Positions 9,831-18,963 are shown, counted from the stretch's first letter. The stretch: DNA of 59,360 nucleotides from Candidatus Woesearchaeota archaeon (GCA_964354105.1 CAYGXM010000005.1:1-59360), one strand, 5' to 3'. A program made the numbers and translations. Notes: generated from the sequence alone by a model not told the origin.

Positions 9831-10199
9831 ATGAAAGTCATAATAGACACAAATGCACTGATTTATGCTATTGAGAACAAGATAGACTTATTTCAATTGC
9901 TGAAGGGAAATGAGCCAATCATACCAAATCTTGTTTTAGAGGAGTTGCAGCTCATCAGCAGGGCTGCAAAGAAGGCCTCAGACAGGAAGGCTGCATTTAT
10001 GGCCCTTAAGGTCATGGAATACACATCTTTTGAGATAGTTCATTTGCACGGCGAGACGGATAAGGCCCTAGCTGAACTTGCAAAATCTGTAGATGCTGCT
10101 GTCCTAACAAACGACCTGCTGTTAAAGAGAAAGCTGGCCAAATTAGGAGTAAAGGTCTTGCACATAAGGCAGAAAAAGCTCGTTGAAGAATGGACTTGA
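9831..10199 (+). CDS. PIN-domain protein (Fcf1/Utp23-like)
   Basis: IIDTNAL...VLEEL...TD...LTNDLLL; conserved position upstream of rpoE. Confidence 0.9.
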   Translation: MKVIIDTNALIYAIENKIDLFQLLKGNEPIIPNLVLEELQLISRAAKKASDRKAAFMALKVMEYTSFEIVHLHGETDKALAELAKSVDAAVLTNDLLLKRKLAKLGVKVLHIRQKKLVEEWT

Positions 10200-10290
10200 C
10201 GTTAATAAAGCCAACGAACTTAGGTTCGGGGCCTTGCAAAAAGCTTTTTGCAAAGCTTTAAAAATCATCATTTTGCTTCAGTTTAGTAAA

Positions 10291-10908
10291 ATGTATTACA
10301 AATCTGAAGTCCAAGGCGTTGCAAGAATACCTCCAACATTGTTCTCTGAGCCACTGGAATCTGCAGTGTCCAAGCAATTGAAAACAGATTATGAAGGCCA
10401 GGTGTTTGAGGAATTAGGCAAAGTCATACAAATCTTGGAAGTAAAAGAGATTGCTGAAGGAGTAATAATTCCTGGAGACGGCGCAGCGTATCATAAAACA
10501 AGATTCGTAATGTTGCATTATGTTCCTGAAATAAATGAGATTGTTGAAGGAACAATCAAAGACATTGCAAAATTTGGCGCATTCATGGATTTTGGAGCAT
10601 TTGAAGGCATGATTCATGTCAGCCAGACAATGGACGATTTTGTCAGCTTCTCAAAGGCAGGCTCTCTTACAGGAAAGAAATCAAACAGGAGCTTGAAGAC
10701 TGCTGATTTTGTCAGAGCAAGGATTGTAGCCATAAGCTGGAAAGACCCCAAGAATCCAAAAATAGGATTAACGATGAGGCAGCCAGCCCTTGGAAAAATA
10801 GAGTGGATAGAAGCTGATACAAAAGAAGAGAGAAAAGCTGCCGGCAAGGCAGAGAAAGAAGAAACAAAAGAGAAAAAGGAAAAGAAAGCAAAGAAGGTGA
10901 AGAAGTAA
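10291..10908 (+). CDS. rpoE: RNA polymerase subunit Rpo7 (RpoE')
   Basis: GVIIPGDGAAY, S1 domain FGAFMDFGAFEGMIHVSQ, KIGLTMRQP; ATG at 10291. Confidence 0.96.
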   Translation: MYYKSEVQGVARIPPTLFSEPLESAVSKQLKTDYEGQVFEELGKVIQILEVKEIAEGVIIPGDGAAYHKTRFVMLHYVPEINEIVEGTIKDIAKFGAFMDFGAFEGMIHVSQTMDDFVSFSKAGSLTGKKSNRSLKTADFVRARIVAISWKDPKNPKIGLTMRQPALGKIEWIEADTKEERKAAGKAEKEETKEKKEKKAKKVKK

Positions 10909-11091
10909 ATGGCAAAGCAGGCATGTAAACTCTGCAAATTATTAACAACAGGGCAAAGATGCCCAAGGCATCCTGATGCAAAATTAACAGAAAGCTGGAA
11001 AGGCCGAATCATAATTCTAGACCCTAACACTTCTGAAATTGCGAAGAGAATGGGCATAACCGAAAAAGGAGAATACGCAATTCGTGTTTAG
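10909..11091 (+). CDS. spt4: transcription elongation factor Spt4 (RpoE'')
   Basis: ACKLC...CPRH...WKGRIIILDP...GEYAIRV. Confidence 0.95.
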   Translation: MAKQACKLCKLLTTGQRCPRHPDAKLTESWKGRIIILDPNTSEIAKRMGITEKGEYAIRV

Positions 11092-11093
11092 AA

Positions 11094-11417
11094 ATGGACG
11101 TTAAGATTTTAGCAAAAAAAGATAATTTATTTTTCAACAGAACTCATATTTCAGCTGAAGTTGACCATAGAAACGAAGCTACTCCAAAAAGAGCTGCCGT
11201 AAGAAAAGCTCTTGCTGTCGCATTAAATGCAAATTCAGAATTATTGGCAGTAAGACAGGTAAAATCACAATTTGGTTTCAAGGCCAAATGCACTGCAGTC
11301 TTGTACAAAACAAAGGAAGACATGCAGAAATACGAGCCAAAATATGTAATAGGCAGAGAAGCTGGCCAGAAATTACACAAAGTTAAAGCTGCTACAGCTC
11401 CGGCTGCTGCTAAATAA
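11094..11417 (+). CDS. rps24e: 30S ribosomal protein S24e
   Basis: NLFFNR...ATPKR...FG...EPKY; synteny. Confidence 0.92.
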   Translation: MDVKILAKKDNLFFNRTHISAEVDHRNEATPKRAAVRKALAVALNANSELLAVRQVKSQFGFKAKCTAVLYKTKEDMQKYEPKYVIGREAGQKLHKVKAATAPAAAK

Positions 11418-11430
11418 AAGGTGAAGTAAC

Positions 11431-11619
11431 ATCGCAAAACACAAACATAAGCCTGGAAAGTCAACAAACAAATATTCAAAGTTCAAAGTAGAGGGCACTA
11501 CATTAAAACGAGAAGGCAGAATATGCCCCAAATGCGGCCCAGGAACATTCATGGGCAAGCACAGCGATAGATATCACTGCGGTCGATGCAGTTATACTGA
11601 AAGAATTTCTAAGGCCTAA
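11431..11619 (+). CDS. rps27ae: 30S ribosomal protein S27ae (no ATG/GTG/TTG start; ATC candidate)
   Basis: Hand translation (I/M)AKHKHKPGKSTNKYSKFKVEG...CPKCGPGTFMGKHSDRYHCGRCSYTE; in-frame TGA at 11422-11424. Confidence 0.93.
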   Translation: MAKHKHKPGKSTNKYSKFKVEGTTLKREGRICPKCGPGTFMGKHSDRYHCGRCSYTERISKA

Positions 11620-11816
11620 ATATTTTTTTCCAAACCTTTAAGTTGATAATCAATTGCAGATGCACGCTTTCTTATCATATCAGGTATGTTGGAGACGCGT
11701 CTTCCTTGTTTCTCTGTTCGCTCAATACTCTCAGCCAGGCCCTCCAAAGAGCGTACCTCTTGCCTTATATATTCAAGCCATTTTTTTAATTGCGCTTCTG
11801 TTAGTCGCATTACCAT
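11616..11816 (-). CDS. small hypothetical coiled-coil protein
   Basis: 66-aa ORF with TATA-like sequence upstream. Confidence 0.55.
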   Translation of the reverse strand: MVMRLTEAQLKKWLEYIRQEVRSLEGLAESIERTEKQGRRVSNIPDMIRKRASAIDYQLKGLEKNI

Positions 11817-11877
11817 TTTAGCCTCATTTAATTTACAAGATAGAAGTTTATATAAATATCGATGCTTTTGTCAACAT

Positions 11878-12858
11878 ATGATTTGCTTAGGCATAGAGTC
11901 AACAGCGCATACACTAGGAATTGGAATTGTAAATGATAAATTTGAAGTTCTAGCAAATGAGAAAGAAACATTTACAACAAATGAAGGTGGAATAAGACCA
12001 ATCAAAGCTGCTGAGCATCATGTTTTGTTCTTTGAATCTGTTCTTCAGCGAGCTTTAGAGAAAGCCAAACTAAATCTAAAAGATATCAATTTAGTTGCGT
12101 TCTCACAAGGGCCGGGGCTTGGGCAATGCTTAAGGATTGGAGCTGTTGCTGCGAGAACTCTTGCATTAAAACTGAAAGTCCCAATTATTGGAGTCAATCA
12201 CTGTATTGCACATGTCGAATCTGGAAAAATAACATCAGGATTCAAAGATCCTGTAACCCTGTATGTTTCTGGGGCTAACACACAAATACTTGCGCTAGCT
12301 TCAGGCAGATATCGTGTATTTGGAGAAACATTGGATACTGGAGTTGGCAATTTTCTGGATAGTTTTGGCAGAGTGCTTGGAATAGGATTTCCAGCAGGCC
12401 CCAAAATCGAAGCCCTTGCTGCAAAAGGCAAGAAGTATATTGAACTTCCTTATACAATAAAGGGAATGGATTTTACATTTTCTGGAATCTTAACAAAATT
12501 AGAGCAATTATACAAAACAAAAAGGTATTCCAAAGAAGATTTATGCTTTTCAGCGCAGGAAACTGTTTTTGCAATGCTGACAGAAGCAACAGAAAGAGCT
12601 GTCGCACACATAAATAAAAAAGAAGTTGTTCTTACTGGAGGAGTTGCTTCGAATCAAAGACTTGCTGAAATGTTGAAAATCATGTGTAAGGAAAGAAATG
12701 TGAAATTTGCTGCTGTTCCGAGGCCTTTAGCAACAGATAATGGTGCAATGATAGCTATGCTAGGCATTTTAGAAAGCAAGGCAGGCATTAAACAAGACAT
12801 AAGAGATACCAAAGTAAATCCTTATCAGAGAACAGACCAGATTGATGTAACATGGTGA
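11878..12858 (+). CDS. kae1: tRNA t6A synthesis protein Kae1 (KEOPS)
   Basis: LGIESTAH, VNHCIAH, VSGANTQ, GGVASN, DNGAMIA; ATG at 11878. Confidence 0.97.
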   Translation: MICLGIESTAHTLGIGIVNDKFEVLANEKETFTTNEGGIRPIKAAEHHVLFFESVLQRALEKAKLNLKDINLVAFSQGPGLGQCLRIGAVAARTLALKLKVPIIGVNHCIAHVESGKITSGFKDPVTLYVSGANTQILALASGRYRVFGETLDTGVGNFLDSFGRVLGIGFPAGPKIEALAAKGKKYIELPYTIKGMDFTFSGILTKLEQLYKTKRYSKEDLCFSAQETVFAMLTEATERAVAHINKKEVVLTGGVASNQRLAEMLKIMCKERNVKFAAVPRPLATDNGAMIAMLGILESKAGIKQDIRDTKVNPYQRTDQIDVTW

Positions 12859-13193
12859 AGATTGTTTTGCCGAATGGAGAAAGCATAGAAGCAGATTACG
12901 CCAAAACCCATCTAAAAAGGATTGCGGGCCTCAGTGGCTGCAAAGAGAAGAAATGCATGCTGTTCAAATTTCCATTATCTGCAAGATGGGGTTTTTGGAT
13001 GCCAAATATGGATTATCCAATAAAGATGATTTTCATAAACAAAGAAAAAGAAATTGTAGACGTAAAAGATGCTATTCCTTTGACAAAAGACCCTAAGACT
13101 TGGAAGCGTTACAAACCTTGCAAAAGTTGCAAGTATGTTCTGGAAACACCTTTTGAGCATAACATTAAAATAGGGGATAAATTACAATTCTAA
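12852..13193 (+). CDS. DUF192 family protein
   Basis: GL...MLFKF...FWMPNMDYPIKMIFI...YVLE...KIGDKL. Confidence 0.85.
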   Translation: MVKIVLPNGESIEADYAKTHLKRIAGLSGCKEKKCMLFKFPLSARWGFWMPNMDYPIKMIFINKEKEIVDVKDAIPLTKDPKTWKRYKPCKSCKYVLETPFEHNIKIGDKLQF

Positions 13194-13194
13194 C

Positions 13195-13323
13195 ATGGGA
13201 TTGCTTGAAGATATGCTGAAGTTAACAAAACTGAAGGCAAAACACGCAAAGGAAGATATACACAAATGCGTTAAGAGCGAATTAAAGAAGGCTGAAGAAA
13301 GAGAAAAGGCCAAGAAGAAGTAA
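13195..13323 (+). CDS. small basic hypothetical protein (42 aa)
   Basis: Hand translation MGLLEDMLKLTKLKAKHAKEDIHKCVKSELKKAEEREKAKKK; starts 1 nt after the DUF192 stop in the common AACATG context. Confidence 0.5.
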   Translation: MGLLEDMLKLTKLKAKHAKEDIHKCVKSELKKAEEREKAKKK

Positions 13324-13426
13324 TATACTTTTGTAAGACGTCTTGAAAAGGTGAATCTCTTTATGTTAGTTTAGTTTCCCTGAAAGTTTAGCACTTGGCC
13401 TTACAACACTTAAGAGATATCTAAAA

Positions 13427-13930
13427 TCACAATTCAACTTTTACTTCTTTCAGAATTCTTTCCCAATTAACTGTTGTAATGTAATGTATTTTAACATCCT
13501 TTCTTAGCTTGACTTTTTCTATAAAAGGATCTTTAGACTTAAAGGAAATTGTTGCTATGACTTTTTTTGCATCCAGGGCCTGCTCAACAAGCTGTTTGAA
13601 TCTTTCAGAATGAACTTCCATGTTCCCAATCTCATCAATTGCTACAAAATCGGCAGATTCCAAAGCCCACTCTATTGCAGGAATCGCAACTCTTTCGAAA
13701 GCTTCAACATCTAAGCCGTATTTTGAAACGATTGGTGGTTTTATTTCAATAGAAGCAAATATCGCCTCTTTGCCTGTATGCAAATCAATAACTTTGAAGC
13801 CCCACCTCTCGCCATCTCTGCGGATTTCAGGAGTATGAATCCCGCCAACATTTTTGCCCTTTATTGCATCTGCAAGCAAAGTAGACTTGCCAGAAGCTGG
13901 CGGTCCGCTGATTAGAATGTTTTGTTTCAT
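13427..13930 (-). CDS. NTPase (THEP1/NTPase_1 family)
   Basis: ISGPPASGKST, IRRDGERWGF, IDEIGNME. Confidence 0.92.
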   Translation of the reverse strand: MKQNILISGPPASGKSTLLADAIKGKNVGGIHTPEIRRDGERWGFKVIDLHTGKEAIFASIEIKPPIVSKYGLDVEAFERVAIPAIEWALESADFVAIDEIGNMEVHSERFKQLVEQALDAKKVIATISFKSKDPFIEKVKLRKDVKIHYITTVNWERILKEVKVEL

Positions 13931-13999
13931 TTGTGGCCAATTTAAACAATGATTAGAACTTAATAAACATTTTTAAGCACTCAAATCGCTAAAATTGTA

Positions 14000-14974
14000 A
14001 TGGCCACTATTACGGTAAAGAATGTAAGAAAGACTTTCAAGAGCTATACGAGAGAAGCGGGCCTTTTACATGCAGTAAAATCTCTTGTTGCGAGAAAGCC
14101 AAGAATAGTTAAAGCTCTCAATGGTGCAAGTTTGAACATTGAAACAGGCGAAATCTTAGGCTTAATAGGCCCAAATGGCGCCGGCAAATCAACGCTAATT
14201 AAAATTCTTTGCGGCGTACTAATGCCAGATTCTGGCAAAATAAGTTGTTTAGGTTTTAATCCTTGGGTAGATCGCATAAAATATGTTCAAAACATAGGTG
14301 TTGTATTTGGCCCGCACAAAGGCCAGCTTTGGTGGGACTTGCCGGCAATAGACACTTATTATTTTATCAAAGAACTTTACGAAATTCCATCTGTAGAATT
14401 TGGCAAAAGGTTAGCTTACTTTACAAAATTGTTAGGAGTTGAAAATCTAACAAAGAGCCCTGTTCGCAATTTATCACTAGGGGAGAGAATGAAGTGCGAA
14501 CTCATTGCAGCATTATTGCATAATCCAAAATTGGTATTTCTGGATGAGCCCACAGTCGGCGTCGACATCATTTCAAAGGAAAAAATTCGAGAATTCATAT
14601 TGAAAGTCAACAAAGAACAACATACTACGTTTATTATTACTACGCATGACATGTCTGATATCGAAAAACTTTGCAAGCGCATTGTTATTATCAACTATGG
14701 AAAAATAGTTTACAATGGCTTGCTCTCGAAACTTAAAGATCAGTTTAAAGAAAAACACCTCGACATAAAATTAGCTGAAAAAGGCAAACCATTCAAACTT
14801 GAGGGTTGCAAAGTACTTAATCAAAATCATTTAACATTAAAAATTGAAGTTAATACCAGGAAAAAAGATATCAACGATGTTGTACAGCATTTGCTTTCGA
14901 GATACAAGGTTACAGATTTGACTATAACTGACCCAGACATTGAAGAAGTTGTCAAGAAGATTTATAGGGCATAA
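14000..14974 (+). CDS. ABC transporter ATP-binding protein (DrrA-like)
   Basis: GPNGAGKST, LSLGERMK, FLDEPT, TTH. Confidence 0.95.
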   Translation: MATITVKNVRKTFKSYTREAGLLHAVKSLVARKPRIVKALNGASLNIETGEILGLIGPNGAGKSTLIKILCGVLMPDSGKISCLGFNPWVDRIKYVQNIGVVFGPHKGQLWWDLPAIDTYYFIKELYEIPSVEFGKRLAYFTKLLGVENLTKSPVRNLSLGERMKCELIAALLHNPKLVFLDEPTVGVDIISKEKIREFILKVNKEQHTTFIITTHDMSDIEKLCKRIVIINYGKIVYNGLLSKLKDQFKEKHLDIKLAEKGKPFKLEGCKVLNQNHLTLKIEVNTRKKDINDVVQHLLSRYKVTDLTITDPDIEEVVKKIYRA

Positions 14975-14975
14975 C

Positions 14976-15773
14976 ATGTTCCAAAAATCTTTAGCTTATG
15001 TTAAAATTGCACTTAAAGACATCATAGCATACAAGTTTGAAGTAGCCATCTGGACATTGATAACACCAATCACCCTTGCAGTTTACTATTTTCTATGGAA
15101 AGCAATCTATGCATACGCCGGATCTGCAGTTATAAGAGGTTATACATTTAACGAGCTAATCAGTTATTTTATTCTGATCCAACTCACTGGAATGTTTATC
15201 TGGACTAATATAGACCAACGACTTAGCAGAGACATACAGCGAGGTACATTTATCCTAAAATTAATTCGACCAATGGGAGTATTCAAATCAACTTTACTTA
15301 AAGAATCTGGTCAAATAGCTTTTGTAATAGCGGTCCAAGCCATACCATTACTTGCAATTGGTGCAATTTTCTTTGGATTGAGCTTTACAACATGGACTGC
15401 TACCTGCCTTGCATCAATTTCATTTATCCTTTCTGTGATTCTAAGCTTAACATTCGTTTTCTTTGTAGGGCTTAGCGCGTTTTGGGTAACTCAGTATTAT
15501 GGATTAAAGCGTATTAGAGAAGGAGTAACATGGTTTTTGGGTGGCGGTGTCGTACCACTAGCCTTTTTTCCACCATTTTGGCAAAAGGCATTTAGTTTTT
15601 TGCCATTCCAATACATGCAGTACGCGCCAGTTCAAATTTATCTTGGCAAATACGCAGGTTCAGATGCGCTAATCGTTATGTTGATTCAAGTAATATGGAT
15701 TGCTACGTTTTACGCGCTAATTAAATTAATTTGGCCGAAAGCTATGGCACACTTTTCGGCGGTTGGTGGTTAA
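14976..15773 (+). CDS. ABC-2 family permease
   Basis: I..G....LIRPM, GG.VPL.FFP...LPFQY...P; 6 TM; ATG at 14976. Confidence 0.88.
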   Translation: MFQKSLAYVKIALKDIIAYKFEVAIWTLITPITLAVYYFLWKAIYAYAGSAVIRGYTFNELISYFILIQLTGMFIWTNIDQRLSRDIQRGTFILKLIRPMGVFKSTLLKESGQIAFVIAVQAIPLLAIGAIFFGLSFTTWTATCLASISFILSVILSLTFVFFVGLSAFWVTQYYGLKRIREGVTWFLGGGVVPLAFFPPFWQKAFSFLPFQYMQYAPVQIYLGKYAGSDALIVMLIQVIWIATFYALIKLIWPKAMAHFSAVGG

Positions 15774-16561
15774 TGGCTAAATTATTGAGAATCTGGAAAG
15801 GCGCAATGAAGCTTGTCTTGAGTGGCGAGGTAGCGTATAGGTTTAATTTCATCCTTACAGTTATAGCATATCTTCTTTTTAGTGTAACAGGGCCAATTAT
15901 TGCCTTGCTCATCTATAATGTTTCATCTGGAATTCCTGGATGGACTTTTGAGGAATTTTTACTGCTGAGCGGAACGTTCACCATAGCAAGCGGCATAAAT
16001 TATACATTCTTAGCAGGTATAAGCTGGGAAACAATTGAAAAAATCTGGCAAGGGACATATGATGCTGTCTTAATCCGGCCAGTAAGGCCCTTGGCGCTGG
16101 CAACTGCAACTGCTTTCAATACAGATAACCTGCCAAACATAGTTGTAGGTTCCGCAATAGTAATTTTCGCTTTTTCAAAATTAAATTTAGCATTAAATGC
16201 TAATATGTTAGTTAGTTATATTTTCTTGCTTGGTTTGGCTATTTTGTTTTTTTACTCTCTTGATATAATTATAACATCGCTTGCATTTCTAGTTACAAAA
16301 TCAGGAGTATTAATGAGCATCTTGGATGAAATATTAGGTTTAGGCAAAAATCCAATTTCCATTTTTGGTGCAACAGGCATGATTTTATTCACATTTATCT
16401 TTCCAATTGGTCTGGCTGCATTTTATCCGGCATCAGCGCTACTTGGAAAACTCTCTTTGCCTGCTATTGCCGAGCTTGCAGTTGTAGCCTTTGCCTTTTT
16501 TGGAATTAGTCTGCTTGCATGGAGCTTTGCAATTAAGAAATACACTTCTGCTGGCGGCTAA
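15773..16561 (+). CDS. ABC-2 family permease
   Basis: GIPGWTFEE, GTYDAVLIRPV, NPISIF, FYPAS; coupled TAATG start at 15773. Confidence 0.88.
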   Translation: MAKLLRIWKGAMKLVLSGEVAYRFNFILTVIAYLLFSVTGPIIALLIYNVSSGIPGWTFEEFLLLSGTFTIASGINYTFLAGISWETIEKIWQGTYDAVLIRPVRPLALATATAFNTDNLPNIVVGSAIVIFAFSKLNLALNANMLVSYIFLLGLAILFFYSLDIIITSLAFLVTKSGVLMSILDEILGLGKNPISIFGATGMILFTFIFPIGLAAFYPASALLGKLSLPAIAELAVVAFAFFGISLLAWSFAIKKYTSAGG

Positions 16562-16563
16562 AG

Positions 16564-16704
16564 CTAAGGAATCAGCTTTTTGACTTTAGTAACTGCACCA
16601 GTTACTGCATCTTTTGTAGCATGCGGATAGAGCCAGAGGCCTACAACTAGTAAAATTAATATCACGACTGCAATTACCATCAATGCTCCGCCTTTTTTAT
16701 CCAT
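16564..16704 (-). CDS. small single-pass membrane protein (46 aa)
   Basis: Hand translation MDKKGGALMVIAVVILILLVVGLWLYPHATKDAVTGAVTKVKKLIP; GGAG SD upstream. Confidence 0.7.
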   Translation of the reverse strand: MDKKGGALMVIAVVILILLVVGLWLYPHATKDAVTGAVTKVKKLIP

Positions 16705-16705
16705 T

Positions 16706-16858
16706 TTATTCTCCCATTCCAGGTATCATACCCTTAATGCCTTCAAATTTATCCGTTATTACGCTCAAATCTCCGCCAGTATAGTACCAAATTGCTGCTA
16801 TAATTAAAATTATTACAACAATAATTATCCATTTGCGCGATTTTCCTTGTGCTTTCAT
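16706..16858 (-). CDS. small single-pass membrane protein (50 aa)
   Basis: Hand translation MKAQGKSRKWIIIVVIILIIAAIWYYTGGDLSVITDKFEGIKGMIPGMGE; abuts both neighbours. Confidence 0.7.
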   Translation of the reverse strand: MKAQGKSRKWIIIVVIILIIAAIWYYTGGDLSVITDKFEGIKGMIPGMGE

Positions 16859-16859
16859 G

Positions 16860-18140
16860 TTACTTCCTCTTAACAAGCTTAGATCTTATAAATTTTCCCC
16901 GGCTTTCTATCTCTGCTCTTTTTAATTTTCCTAATTCCTGCCTTTTCCCGTGCTTTCCTGTTTGCGTCCAGAACTTCTTGCCTTTTTCCCTAAAACCCTG
17001 AACTTGTTGATTTAGGGCTTTGACTGCCCAGCTAACCGCAGTGTTCAAATTAAAGTGTACATACTCCGCATTAAAAACTTTGGAAGGAACTGCTAATCTC
17101 AAATGTACGGAATATTTTACATTTTTGCCTTCTTTCGTTTCGTATTGTTTTATATGGACTAAAAAATAGATTATATTTTTGAAATAATCTCTTTTTATCT
17201 TTTCATAAAATTCTGCTACTTGCTCCCTGACTGCATCGTATAACTGTCCTGGAAGAGCTTCACAGCCGAAGAATTGAATACCCCAATATTCTGGCGCCTT
17301 TTCCCTGAAAAAGACTTCCAATAAATCTCTAGTTGTAACGATGCCTACCGGCTTTCTATCTTGTGCTATAATCAAATCTGATATTTTATGCTCAAACATT
17401 TCTGCGACTGCTCTTCCTAAATTTTCAGTAGGAGATACAGTAAAAATTGATGCCGAAGCCAAATCGCTGATTGGCGTATCCATCATTACATTTTTTGCCG
17501 TTTGAAATGACCTGTTTCCTGTAAAAGACCCTTTTCCAAGTCTGCTTCCCCTATCAAAGCCCTGGCGCTTGCCTTCCGGATTTAAGAGATATTTTTCAAA
17601 TAAATCTGTAAGGGAAAATACAGAGATTATTCTTCCTAATTTATCTATAATAGGCGCATGGCTGAAATGCCTTTCGCGCATCTCGTTTAAAGCATCACCA
17701 AGCCTGGACCCCTGCTCAAAAACCATCAATCCCTTGCCAGCAATTTCTGCAACCTTTAATTTTGCAAGGTCTGGCATTTTCGGCAAAAGCGCCAAAATAT
17801 CTCTGGACCTTACAACTCCTATGACTTTATCCTTTTTCATCACAGGAAGCAGGCAAGGATAGCTATTGTACATCAGCTCTGCAGCCTTGAAAACATCTGT
17901 ATCCCCTGTAACGACTGGGGGGTGCATTACAAAATTTCCGATGTCCGCATTTGGATTTAATTTGGATTCTATTAATAGGGTTCTATCTAAAATTCCCTTA
18001 TATGTAGTTTTGAATTTCTTGTCAAAAATCACAACGTAGCGCTCATCTTCTTGCTGCAATTTCCCTATAGCTTCTGTTATTTTAGCAGATGCATCAAGCT
18101 TAAGAAAATCCCGCTGCATAATCTCTGAAACGCTAGCCAT
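16860..18140 (-). CDS. CBS-domain protein (4 CBS) with C-terminal HPF/RaiA-like domain
   Basis: CBS repeats (LPVMKKDKVIGVV; APIIDKLGRIISVFSLTDL; PVGIVTTRDLL); C-terminal beta-alpha-beta-beta-beta-alpha pattern. Confidence 0.8.
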   Translation of the reverse strand: MASVSEIMQRDFLKLDASAKITEAIGKLQQEDERYVVIFDKKFKTTYKGILDRTLLIESKLNPNADIGNFVMHPPVVTGDTDVFKAAELMYNSYPCLLPVMKKDKVIGVVRSRDILALLPKMPDLAKLKVAEIAGKGLMVFEQGSRLGDALNEMRERHFSHAPIIDKLGRIISVFSLTDLFEKYLLNPEGKRQGFDRGSRLGKGSFTGNRSFQTAKNVMMDTPISDLASASIFTVSPTENLGRAVAEMFEHKISDLIIAQDRKPVGIVTTRDLLEVFFREKAPEYWGIQFFGCEALPGQLYDAVREQVAEFYEKIKRDYFKNIIYFLVHIKQYETKEGKNVKYSVHLRLAVPSKVFNAEYVHFNLNTAVSWAVKALNQQVQGFREKGKKFWTQTGKHGKRQELGKLKRAEIESRGKFIRSKLVKRK

Positions 18141-18273
18141 GATTCAAACAAAGACTACAGATATTTATATCTTTAGCTTGGCTAGCTTGGCTCGCTGTAA
18201 AGTCTTATGGTATGTTTGGCTTTCCTAGGCCATAACAGATTCCCCTCAGTCGATAGCTTTAAAAATGGAATTT

Positions 18274-18296
18274 CCGAAGCGGTAATACCGCTTCGG
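18274..18296. promoter_or_regulatory. perfect inverted repeat CCGAAGCGGT-AAT-ACCGCTTCGG upstream of rpl1
   Basis: 10-bp arms seen in the sequence, between the TTTAAAAA box (~18258) and the rpl1 start. Confidence 0.55.
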
Positions 18297-18314
18297 CGGG
18301 AGTTCGAGTGAACG

Positions 18315-18962
18315 ATGGCGATTGAAAAAGCTAAGGTTCTAGATGCGATAAAGAAATCACGAGAGGGGGAAAAAAGAAACTTTTCCCAGACTATCGAATT
18401 AATAATTAATTTGAAAGAGCTTGACATCAGGAAAGAAGAAGGAAAGATTGAGGAATTCCTGGAGCTTCCTGCTGGCAGAGGCAAGCCGGCGAAAGTTTGC
18501 GCTCTAATTGGGCCTGAATTGAAAGACGCCGCAAAGAAAGTTTGTGATAATTTTGTCGTATCTGATGATTTCGATTCGTTTGATAAAAGAAAAATCAGGA
18601 AACTGGCAAGGGAACATGATTTTTTCATAGCGCAGGCAAACATCATGCCTGCGATTGCAAAGACTTTTGGTAGGTTCTTATCTCCACTAGGAAAGATGCC
18701 GAGCCCTAAGGCTGGCCATGTAGTTCCTCCAAAAGCAAACATCGAACCTCTTGTCAAAACTTTGAAAAAGAGTGTAAAATTGGTGATAAAGAAAGCTCCT
18801 GTTTTCCAGACTATAATTGGAACAGAAAACATGACTGATGAAGAATTACACCAAAATGCTATTGCAGTAATTGAGAAACTAAAGGGGAGATTGCCGAAAG
18901 GCGAGCACAACATAAAGGCTGTCTTGATTAAAACAACAATGGGCAAGCCTGTAAAGGTGTAA
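18315..18962 (+). CDS. rpl1: 50S ribosomal protein L1
   Basis: KRNFSQTIELIINLK, LGKMP, KTTMG. Confidence 0.98.
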   Translation: MAIEKAKVLDAIKKSREGEKRNFSQTIELIINLKELDIRKEEGKIEEFLELPAGRGKPAKVCALIGPELKDAAKKVCDNFVVSDDFDSFDKRKIRKLAREHDFFIAQANIMPAIAKTFGRFLSPLGKMPSPKAGHVVPPKANIEPLVKTLKKSVKLVIKKAPVFQTIIGTENMTDEELHQNAIAVIEKLKGRLPKGEHNIKAVLIKTTMGKPVKV

Positions 18963-18963
18963 C

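Noticed and set aside
11421-11429. GTG as the rps27ae start
   Set aside because: GTG AAG TAA terminates at once and is out of frame with the S27ae sequence
13331-13406. Possible small RNA closed by TTGTAAG/CTTACAA
   Set aside because: Only a 7-bp closing helix, no C/D or H/ACA boxes recognised; may be UTR or terminator sequence between convergent genes
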